Origin: Pseudomonadota bacterium
Lineage (GTDB): Bacteria; UBA10199; 2-02-FULL-44-16; JAAZCA01
Length of the DNA stretch: 11,815 nucleotides
Assembly: GCA_043822785.1 (NCBI GenBank)
Contig: JBDRBN010000121.1
Location: 1-11,815 of the forward strand
Direction of reading: 5' to 3'
A program made the position numbers and the translations under genes. The notes beneath the pieces were generated by a model. It was not told the DNA's origin. It saw only the letters and a list, made by a program, of their open reading frames with translations, and ran no database searches. This document shows, piece after piece, positions 1 through 6,881 of this stretch (within the stretch, counting starts at the first letter, position 1; each line of letters opens with the position of its first letter).

Positions 1-1
1 T

Positions 2-502
2 GCCGGTTGGGAAATAGAAAAACGGAACGATTGAAAGACCAACGTGAAAGCGTTCGATGTCTAGAATGCGAAACTTCATCTCTACTCTTACATCGCCGAG
101 CTTTCCGTAGAAGGTTTGCTTTTGAACAGCCGCTGCAGCCTGGTTTGGATTAAAGAAAGTCTCCCACAATGCCAGCGGGACATTTACGCCTGTTAGCCAC
201 CAATCAGTCCAGGCTATGGCGCCTTGCACGTTCATCATGAGCAGGTCATCTACTATACCGCGCCTACGGTTGCCTGCTGCATCAGCATACTCCAGCGGCT
301 CAAACGCATAGTCAAACGTGCCGCCTGCGTTGAAGCTCCATTGAGGCATGGTATCTGATTGTTGTACGCTTATGTATTTGCCGCCATCTGTGGCTGGATT
401 AATTGTGATGATGTCAGCGTTGTGGGCAGCGGAGGCCGGCTGGGCGCCTAAAATCGCAAAAATGGCGACCGCAAGCACAAGAAGAATTCTCCTGGATGTC
501 AT
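2..502 (-). CDS. Exported outer-membrane beta-barrel-type protein, N-terminal 167 aa (partial, runs off the left edge); resembles the N-terminus of myxobacterial OmpA-family/TraB-like proteins
   Basis: Not in the ORF track; read manually. ATG at 502 with SD GGGGGAGGG at 514-506, and the frame is open to the window edge: MTSRRILLVLAVAIFAILGAQPASA-AHNADIITINPATDGGKYISVQQSDTMPQWSFNAGGTFDYAFEPLEY...GIVDDLLMMNVQGAIAWTDWWLTGVNVPLALWETF...GKLGDVRVEMKFRILDIERFHVGLSIVPFFYFPTG. It has a Sec signal peptide (ASA-A), alternating amphipathic strands and a 'LGD.R...K......GL...P....PTG' pattern. Family call is by recognition only. Confidence 0.8.
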   Translation of the reverse strand, partial: MTSRRILLVLAVAIFAILGAQPASAAHNADIITINPATDGGKYISVQQSDTMPQWSFNAGGTFDYAFEPLEYADAAGNRRRGIVDDLLMMNVQGAIAWTDWWLTGVNVPLALWETFFNPNQAAAAVQKQTFYGKLGDVRVEMKFRILDIERFHVGLSIVPFFYFPTG

Positions 503-544
503 TTTCCCTCCCCCTATCCTATATGGATGTTATTGTTTTTACTC

Positions 545-572
545 ATTTTATGGACTGGCGCACGAAAGTCAA
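545..572 (-). promoter_or_regulatory. Putative sigma-70 promoter of the beta-barrel gene
   Basis: Minus strand TTGACT (572-567), 16-nt spacer, TAAAAT (550-545), about 40 nt upstream of the ATG at 502. Confidence 0.6.
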
Positions 573-585
573 CGCATTTCCATAT

Positions 586-669
586 TGTCATCGCGAGGAG
601 ACCTAAGGTTGACGTGGCGATCCCCGCAGATCAAGAGATTGCTTCACCACTTCGTGGTTCGCAATGACA
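586..669. repeat. TGTC-tagged palindromic REP-like element, inverted doublet
   Basis: TGTCATCGCGAGGAG...GACGTGGCGATCCC, spacer, then GAGATTGCTTC...TCGCAATGACA; same architecture as the copies at 6341, 6799, 8150 and 9059. Confidence 0.9.
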
Positions 670-682
670 AACAGCTCTGGCC

Positions 683-721
683 AAAAATAAACTGGCCCTG
701 TACCGTACGGTACAGGGCCAG
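683..721 (-). terminator. Rho-independent terminator candidate built on a perfect 30-bp palindrome
   Basis: 692-721 CTGGCCCTGTACCGTACGGTACAGGGCCAG is its own reverse complement. On the minus strand it is followed by TTTATTTTT and lies 50 nt after the stop of the 1786-aa gene. Confidence 0.7.
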
Positions 722-732
722 CTCCCTCACGT

Positions 733-770
733 TGTCATCGCGAGCCCGCAATAGCGGGCGTGGCGATCTC
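733..770 (+). repeat. Single TGTC-tagged REP-like unit
   Basis: TGTCATCGCGAG-CCCGC-AATA-GCGGG-CGTGGCGATCTC; directly abuts the TAG stop (771-773) of the giant gene. Confidence 0.85.
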
Positions 771-3700
771 CTACTTCACTTTCCGTCTCCTTACACGAGC
801 GATTGTTACACCTGCTACAGGCACCGCAAGTATGAGCAAGAACGGCAGTACAGTGCCAATGCCAAGCGTTCCGCTACTTATGTTGCAACTGCAGCCAGCA
901 CCCCTACCCATCATCATGGGTTTACCTGCCAAAACTCCAACCGTCAGTTCTACCGGTGGTGGCACAGGATCACCTGCCTTTGCATATACCTCCTGCACAA
1001 GGCCGAACTGATAATTGAGGTTGGGCTCCCAAGGCAGACCAGTATAAATGGCAGAGGTAGGCGGACCAGATATAGCTGCCATATTTTCTTTGAGCACTTT
1101 TTTCACCAACTCGCCATCAAGCTCCCTCTCTTCAATGGGCTTTAAATCCTTATAACCTGCAGTGCCCGTCCAAGATGCGCCATCAGGCGGCAGCAAAGCC
1201 CTTACTTCTTGGATGACTATAGCAGATCCCGAAGGCATTTGACCTGCTTGCGCCTTTATTGTTTGGGCAGAGGTGACATCCCCTGGCTGCACTGAGTAAA
1301 CACGATGCTCTAGCATATTGTTGATGAGAACAGTATTGCCAGTGCCATATGCTACTGATGTGGTTGCCATAGGCGAAACACCTTCAAGCGACGAAAGATC
1401 AACGCTGGATGTAAGATCCGGCAGCACAATTGACTTCGCCTTCTGGGTAGCAGGGTCAATACCCTCCATAGGCAGAATGCGCGTAGGTGTCGAGATCAGC
1501 TCAAAGTGCTTGAATTCAAGCGTTCCCGAATCGATGAATTCGGAACCGCTGTTTTGTATCCACATATACGGCCGTACATTGTCAACTGAATCAGGTATTG
1601 GATCTCCTGATAAGGACAGCGAAAGGTCAGATGCGACTTTATTTGGCGCTGAGGCTCCACCTATTTTGCATACTATGGTGACCCTCTGCTCTGGCTCTGC
1701 AAACAGGTCGTCTTGTCTGCCAGTAACAGCACGGAATTCATCGTTTATCTTTTTGTAGATCTCTGCCTCTGCATCGCCAGAGAATGTGTCGGCGTGCACA
1801 TAGCAATCGTTAAAAGCCTCTGCGAGCAGGCCGGAAGGCACAGCGCCCGCGCCTGGAGGCGGCACGCACTGGCAGTTTATGTCGCATATTTCGTCTGTTC
1901 CGCAATCAGAATACTTTTCGCACTGCACGTTTGGATCACCGAGCTTACATTGAGGCTGTCTGTAGTCGCATGTACAATCGTTCATGTCGCAGTCATCAAG
2001 CACTGCCGGGGCAACTGCAGGAGGACACACCGCTTGAATCTGGGCAAGTGCAGCAGCGTCGGATAGTCCCGCCACATCGCACTCTTCCCACGGATCTTGT
2101 ACTCCATTGTAATTACACTTAGGCGGTCCCTTTCTCAGCACCCCAGTCATCTCCCTATGCCCTGGCATGATAGTACCGATTGGAAGTTTTACACCAAATG
2201 CAATATCAGGCGCACATAGGCAGGTACCAGTGCAGTATTGGCCTGCAGGGCATAGTTTGCCAGGCGGATCACATTCTTCATTACCATCCAGAGCGCCATT
2301 ACCACACTTTGGCGGTGTTGGAACACAAGCAGTACATGTAGGATTGCAGGTAGTGAATGGTGGGCATCCTCCATTGATGGCATTGTAAGCAGTCTTATCG
2401 CATACTTCACCGGTAAGGCAGCCATCACCACAGACAGGACAACCCCACTTACACGGCGTTGCAGAACCAGGACCATGACACAAAGCCTGGATAGGAGCAA
2501 AGCCACACCCAATTGGGGGTCCAACTTGTAAACATATTTGAGGACTATCACAGTCCTCACCAGCTTCTACAACTCCATCACCACATACAGCTGCCTCTGC
2601 GCTGGGCACCAATAGATCCCAGAGCCATGTTGCGATTGCAGAGATATTATTGCGTACTTTGTTCATGATATCGGAGATTGCTTCGCTATCGCTCGCAATG
2701 ACATCTGCTACTAACGAACATCCGCCAGAGCTCATTTTCTCGCGAATAACCTGATTAGGGCGTTCTTCAGAGCCAAGATCTATCTTACTTGTTTCTGCAA
2801 TTCCTCCAACAAGCAATGGAGCTACAGGGTGCATGAAGATCATCTCTAATGAGTTTGGCGCGCCTATGAGTGAGCTGAGAATGGACTCACTGATCTCCTT
2901 TTCCATCAAAGCATATGACTCGCTCGTTTCCATCTCCTTTACTGTTCTAGAAAACTCCGGTGCTTCTCCCAAGCTGAGAGTAAAAAGCTTTCTAAGCGGA
3001 AGCGTCATGTTCATAAATGGAAATGGCGAACTCGGTTGCGCGCGTTCTCGTTCTATAGTTTCTTCTGTTTTTTCTGTTTCTCGCTCTACGAGAGTTTGAG
3101 CTAAGATAAGATCCTTACGATTTGCAATGGCATTTGATTCTTCACTCACCACGGTATCTGGCTGCCATGCAGAGGCAAAATCGGTCTCGCCTCCTGCATC
3201 GCCACCGCGATCGTCATCCATTGCCAATGCGCGGTTAAGATGATCTATGCTAGGCACATCGTTTTTTGTCCACGTACCACAATCAGCCTTAGATGGATCG
3301 CCCCACTTATACACATACTCCTTGAGCGGGCACGACCTTCCAAAGTGGCCGTACATATAGACATATATTGCACACTTTTCGACCCAGTCCTTCTTACCCA
3401 TGGCGCCGCATGCATCCACACAGCATGGATCATCATCAAAAAATGGAAGCATAGTGCCGTCGCTCAAAACGCATGGCTTCTTGTCAACGCATCTGGGGGG
3501 TATGGGTTTTGAAACAGGCGGCGCAGCTAAGAATGGAAGATTGATATTAAACGGATCAATATGACCAAGAAGACAATTTGGAAGCGAACCCAGCCAAGCG
3601 TTTACACCAGGGCCATCAATATTAATCCATCGCGTAAGTACATTGTTGGCTAAAGACACATATGATTCAAAGACCGATCCCACAGGACTTGTGGCAGCAG

Positions 3701-6131
3701 TATAATCCGGACATTCAATTTCAGGAAGCATGAGCGGGTACCCGTTTATCTGCATGAGCGCATCTGCACCCTGTGCAGTATGATCAGCCTCGATCATGCC
3801 CACGCCATTTAGGTTTGCGCCTTGTTTAAAGCCTGCGCGAAATCTTTCAACATCAACTGAATCAAATGGAATGCTTGAGCCGCCCCAGTAAGCATAGGCA
3901 TAAGCCGTGTCATCCTCTGATCTAAAGTTGCCTGCTGCGATGTCGTTATTGCCGTCGCTGTCAAAATCGCCGATACTGGCTGATGCAACTACAGCCTTTG
4001 GATCAGGATTGGTCTGATCAACCACATCTATATGCGTGGGTATGCCGTTTGGATATTGGTCGCCAAGTTGAACCTGCGGCAGTTCGATATTGCAGGCTGT
4101 GCCTGCTTCGGTTCTAAGCACAATGGTCACGCGGTTAGAGAACATCCTTGCACCACTGCCATCATCGAACTGGACGTATGCAGGATAAACAGTGTTTTTA
4201 ATCGTATGTTTTCCGCGCCATGTAATTATGAAATCATCGCATTTATCGCCATCGAGGTTGCCTGTGCGAATTTGATAAGGCACAAACCCTGCACCCGCTC
4301 TCTCAATTGGCACAAACGCCGGCAATATAATAGGCGTTCGTTTGAAATCTGTGCCGTAAGACTTCTGGCAAAAAGGTTTTATCGGATTGAAATTCGGAGG
4401 GGCAAAAATATTAAAGCCATCTGTCTCTTCTGACCATGGACGCTTAAAATAAATTCTATTCTTATCAATGGTTAAAGGATCCTTATCAACAATATAGATG
4501 ACAGCATTATTTGGATCAGAAGGATCAGCAGCTATTGAAGGAACCAAGAGATATTGTTTTCTATTAACAGCGTCTTCTGCAAAATCAGTGAGCACTGCAG
4601 TATCATACACGCCCTTGCCTATTAATCCCCAAAATTCAACGTCGAAAATATGGCTAGCATTGGCATTTATATAAGGCTGATTATCAGCTCCCTCTGCCCA
4701 TTTGTTGACCTGTTTATTGAACAACGCAATTGATACTACATCATCAGGGAAACGCTCTTTTTTAAGCGGTTTAAATGTTACAGGGCTGCAAGGGCCATCA
4801 CAGGTGCCTAGCAGATCCCTAAATTTGTAATAGCTGCTGTCAAAGACCGCAGGCCGCCCAAATCCATCAGGCACGTACTTGTTCATATCAAACAGCGTTG
4901 ATGTGTATGTGACAGCCAAATCCCTATCTGGATGAGGAACTGTCGGGTCACCGCCAACCTGCCAAGAAGCCTTACCTCCAAGATCAATGGCCTCAACAGA
5001 AATAGGATTTGTTGCAACAGGTATGATCCAGTTTGATGGCAATAGCTTCCACCAGTCTGCAGTGCAAATAGTAGGGCATGTATTGCACGTCTTTTCGCAT
5101 TTAATATAAGGGAACTCAAAAGAAGAGTATCCTGAAAATCTAAATCTTATATCGTTTGGATCTTCCACTTTGCGGAACAGGGTGAGTGGAGAAAAATAGG
5201 AATATAGATAAGTGTTGTGTGTAAAGGGACTAATAATATCGGGACCTACTGGAGATATTTGTTCTTCTGTAATGAGCTCATAAATAGTGCGTATAGAGAG
5301 ATACAACGGATCATAAGATGCAGACATAAGCCCATTGCCCAGATCCACCACATCAAAGAGATACACGCTTTTATATTCATCGTCGCTGAATGTAGGCTGA
5401 CCCCAACAGGGATAGTCAGGTGGCTTTTTAAAAGGCAAAAAGTTAAATGGACACCATTTGAAGGGTACTGTTGCTGGATCAGCGATGATAGTAGCCGGAT
5501 ATGTGTTAGCATAATATGGTCCATCTTCGTTTGCGTTTCCAATGAGTGGTGTTAAAACCCCACCTATCAAGACCTCTTCAAGAGGGGGTTGGCCAAAAAG
5601 CGTTTGGAATTCGTTTGCTGGGTTTACTTCTCTTATATCACCTAAGACCATGCGATGTGATTCATAGTTACCGCCAATTACACCTTCAAACTGATATGTA
5701 GTTTTCGTGATCGTACCCAATATATCTTTCTCTAAAACTATATCTTCAGGACCTATTGCCTGCACTTTAAGGGCAGGATTAAAGCGGGATTGAGCATGCT
5801 CAATCATGGGCGAGTTTGCCTGTACTTGCGTTGGGGGTTCTTTAGTAAAGCCTGGTGTTGCTGCCACATCATCCACATAGATGGCATCCAAGCCGTCAGG
5901 TTGAATCTTGCCATCGATAATCTTGAAGTTTTTATCGGCTGGCTGAGACAAAGGATGGATTATGGCCTTAAGGCTTGTAGCCTCTGTAACTGTTTGGGGA
6001 TCCTGATTGGCTGATGAATTGTCACCACCAATAAGTATGGGTTTTGAAAACTCACCAGCGGCAGATGCCGTGTTTGCAGCAAAAACCGCTGCAAGCGTTA
6101 TGAGCAAACATGCAAAAATTAAGCGTTTCAT
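771..6131 (-). CDS. Giant secreted cell-surface protein (1786 aa): signal peptide, FG-GAP/VCBS-like motifs, myxobacterial-type Cys-rich (DUF4215-like) repeats and a MYXO-CTERM-like C-terminal anchor
   Basis: ATG 6131 preferred over GTG 6137 because GAGAGG lies 5 nt upstream. Signal peptide MKRLIFACLLITLAAVFAANTASA. FG-GAP-like motifs TGNLDGDKCDDFII and IGDFDSDGNNDIAAG. Repeats CGDGVVEAGEDCD, CGDGCLTGEVCD, CGNGALDGNEECD and CNYNGVQDPWEECD. C-terminus is GAGCSC, a linker, a TM helix and RVRRRKVK. Confidence 0.9.
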   Translation of the reverse strand: MKRLIFACLLITLAAVFAANTASAAGEFSKPILIGGDNSSANQDPQTVTEATSLKAIIHPLSQPADKNFKIIDGKIQPDGLDAIYVDDVAATPGFTKEPPTQVQANSPMIEHAQSRFNPALKVQAIGPEDIVLEKDILGTITKTTYQFEGVIGGNYESHRMVLGDIREVNPANEFQTLFGQPPLEEVLIGGVLTPLIGNANEDGPYYANTYPATIIADPATVPFKWCPFNFLPFKKPPDYPCWGQPTFSDDEYKSVYLFDVVDLGNGLMSASYDPLYLSIRTIYELITEEQISPVGPDIISPFTHNTYLYSYFSPLTLFRKVEDPNDIRFRFSGYSSFEFPYIKCEKTCNTCPTICTADWWKLLPSNWIIPVATNPISVEAIDLGGKASWQVGGDPTVPHPDRDLAVTYTSTLFDMNKYVPDGFGRPAVFDSSYYKFRDLLGTCDGPCSPVTFKPLKKERFPDDVVSIALFNKQVNKWAEGADNQPYINANASHIFDVEFWGLIGKGVYDTAVLTDFAEDAVNRKQYLLVPSIAADPSDPNNAVIYIVDKDPLTIDKNRIYFKRPWSEETDGFNIFAPPNFNPIKPFCQKSYGTDFKRTPIILPAFVPIERAGAGFVPYQIRTGNLDGDKCDDFIITWRGKHTIKNTVYPAYVQFDDGSGARMFSNRVTIVLRTEAGTACNIELPQVQLGDQYPNGIPTHIDVVDQTNPDPKAVVASASIGDFDSDGNNDIAAGNFRSEDDTAYAYAYWGGSSIPFDSVDVERFRAGFKQGANLNGVGMIEADHTAQGADALMQINGYPLMLPEIECPDYTAATSPVGSVFESYVSLANNVLTRWINIDGPGVNAWLGSLPNCLLGHIDPFNINLPFLAAPPVSKPIPPRCVDKKPCVLSDGTMLPFFDDDPCCVDACGAMGKKDWVEKCAIYVYMYGHFGRSCPLKEYVYKWGDPSKADCGTWTKNDVPSIDHLNRALAMDDDRGGDAGGETDFASAWQPDTVVSEESNAIANRKDLILAQTLVERETEKTEETIERERAQPSSPFPFMNMTLPLRKLFTLSLGEAPEFSRTVKEMETSESYALMEKEISESILSSLIGAPNSLEMIFMHPVAPLLVGGIAETSKIDLGSEERPNQVIREKMSSGGCSLVADVIASDSEAISDIMNKVRNNISAIATWLWDLLVPSAEAAVCGDGVVEAGEDCDSPQICLQVGPPIGCGFAPIQALCHGPGSATPCKWGCPVCGDGCLTGEVCDKTAYNAINGGCPPFTTCNPTCTACVPTPPKCGNGALDGNEECDPPGKLCPAGQYCTGTCLCAPDIAFGVKLPIGTIMPGHREMTGVLRKGPPKCNYNGVQDPWEECDVAGLSDAAALAQIQAVCPPAVAPAVLDDCDMNDCTCDYRQPQCKLGDPNVQCEKYSDCGTDEICDINCQCVPPPGAGAVPSGLLAEAFNDCYVHADTFSGDAEAEIYKKINDEFRAVTGRQDDLFAEPEQRVTIVCKIGGASAPNKVASDLSLSLSGDPIPDSVDNVRPYMWIQNSGSEFIDSGTLEFKHFELISTPTRILPMEGIDPATQKAKSIVLPDLTSSVDLSSLEGVSPMATTSVAYGTGNTVLINNMLEHRVYSVQPGDVTSAQTIKAQAGQMPSGSAIVIQEVRALLPPDGASWTGTAGYKDLKPIEERELDGELVKKVLKENMAAISGPPTSAIYTGLPWEPNLNYQFGLVQEVYAKAGDPVPPPVELTVGVLAGKPMMMGRGAGCSCNISSGTLGIGTVLPFLLILAVPVAGVTIARVRRRKVK
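2672..2703 (-). repeat. Single REP-like unit embedded in-frame in the giant CDS (encodes VIASDSEAIS)
   Basis: Reverse complement TGTCATTGCGAGCGATAGCGAAGCAATCTCCG is 30/32 identical to the intergenic unit at 6341-6372. Confidence 0.85.
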
Positions 6132-6162
6132 ATGCACCTCTCTTTGTTTAACCCCTTAATAC

Positions 6163-6178
6163 TGCAAAGGAAGTGCCA
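6163..6178 (-). promoter_or_regulatory. Sigma-54 (RpoN) -24/-12 promoter of the giant surface-protein gene
   Basis: Minus strand TGGCAC-TTCCT-TTGCA is an exact match to TGGCAC-N5-TTGCW, about 30 nt upstream of the ATG at 6131. Confidence 0.8.
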
Positions 6179-6203
6179 CTTATGCAGCACTCCCCTGTTG
6201 ATG

Positions 6204-6216
6204 TAACTATATGATT
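6204..6216 (-). promoter_or_regulatory. Possible IHF site upstream of the sigma-54 promoter
   Basis: AATCATATAGTTA has one mismatch to WATCAR-N4-TTR and lies in AT-rich DNA at the position usual for sigma-54 promoters. Confidence 0.4.
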
Positions 6217-6340
6217 TGTTTGAATATGTAGGAATGAAATAAAGGCTCATCTCGTTCTCACATTGATATAAACGTCAATTATCCGACGCCTTCAAGGTGC
6301 AGAATAATAACATTATCGCTTATCATGCACAAGTCACGTT

Positions 6341-6429
6341 TGTCATTGCGAGCGCAAGCGAAGCAATCTCCGTCATAACGAGGTTTGCCTGGGATTGCCA
6401 CGTCGCCCTTCGGGCTCCTCGCAATGACA
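6341..6429. repeat. TGTC-tagged REP-like inverted doublet (copy A of the local duplication)
   Basis: TGTCATTGCGAG...GAAGCAATCTC, spacer, then GGGATTGCCACGTC...CTCGCAATGACA. Confidence 0.9.
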
Positions 6430-6477
6430 TTCCCTGCCCAGTCCAAATGCTTCATGCAGTACTCTAACTGCGAGTTC
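6430..6477 (-). pseudogene. Duplicated fragment of the lysC 3' end (ELAVRVLHEAFGL)
   Basis: 6449-6477 is identical to 6901-6929 (29 bp). The codons at and just past the edge of this core differ only synonymously (GCA/GCT, GGA/GGG, CTG/TTG), and the TGA stop position reads GAA in this copy. Confidence 0.85.
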
Positions 6478-6483
6478 AGGTGT

Positions 6484-6634
6484 TCACTTTTTCGTATAAA
6501 CTCGCCTGTCGAGACATGAATCGTAAAGTACCTTGTCAATTTTTATCCAGTCTGTTTTATCAATGCCTCGCCGGTTCCTTGAAGTAGGGCTTTGAGGAAA
6601 TGCTGATGATACTTTAATCCAAAAATTTTTTCAT
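6484..6634 (-). pseudogene. Possible frameshifted 49-aa small ORF or gene remnant
   Basis: ATG 6634 reads MKKFLD-stop. Removing one base from the A6/T5 homopolymer (6621-6631) gives MKKFWIKVSSAFPQSPTSRNRRGIDKTDWIKIDKVLYDSCLDRRVYTKK, ending at TGA 6486-6484. No homology recognised. Confidence 0.25.
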
Positions 6635-6676
6635 AAAAATAACCCCGCCTGAGGCCTTGCGGCAAGTCAAGCGGGG
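6635..6676 (-). terminator. GC-rich hairpin with U-tract (terminator or SD-sequestering stem)
   Basis: Minus strand CCCCGCTTGA-CTTGCCGCAAG-GCC-TCAGGCGGGG followed by TTATTTTT. Confidence 0.65.
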
Positions 6677-6758
6677 AGCAGATACCATTTCCTAACTTCT
6701 GATATGATACTAGCAACTATCCCCGCGTTTGTACAGCGCTTTTTACTAATCCATCGGT
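6635..6758 (-). ncRNA. Candidate ~125-nt small RNA or structured leader
   Basis: Bounded by a sigma-70-like promoter (6792-6765) and a terminator-like hairpin (6676-6635). No RNA family recognised. Confidence 0.35.
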
Positions 6759-6764
6759 ACAGCC

Positions 6765-6792
6765 ACTATACCCATTTCCTTAGTCATTTCAA
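6765..6792 (-). promoter_or_regulatory. Putative sigma-70 promoter inside the duplicated interval
   Basis: TTGAAA (6792-6787), 16-nt spacer, TATAGT (6770-6765). Confidence 0.5.
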
Positions 6793-6798
6793 TACAAG

Positions 6799-6881
6799 CA
6801 TTGCGAGCAGCGAAGCAATCTCCGTCATAACGAGGTTTGCCTGGGATTGCCACGTCGCCCTGCGGGCTTCCCGCAATGACA
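6799..6881. repeat. REP-like inverted doublet (copy B), left TGT tag missing
   Basis: 6809-6861 is identical to 6357-6409 (53 bp, including the inter-hairpin spacer). The right end TGACA abuts the lysC TGA stop at 6882-6884. Confidence 0.9.

Noticed and set aside
348..1145. 265-aa plus-strand ORF
   Set aside because: It is antisense to two real genes and runs through REP elements and a terminator; the composition is not protein-like.
6511..6539. TTGACA at 6539-6534 (minus) as a promoter
   Set aside because: No acceptable -10 hexamer lies at 16-18 nt spacing (TGTCTC at 17).
6635..6792. Retron msr-msd or lysine riboswitch
   Set aside because: There is no RT gene and no long a1/a2 terminal repeat. 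The segment lies downstream rather than upstream of lysC and lacks recognisable L-box features.
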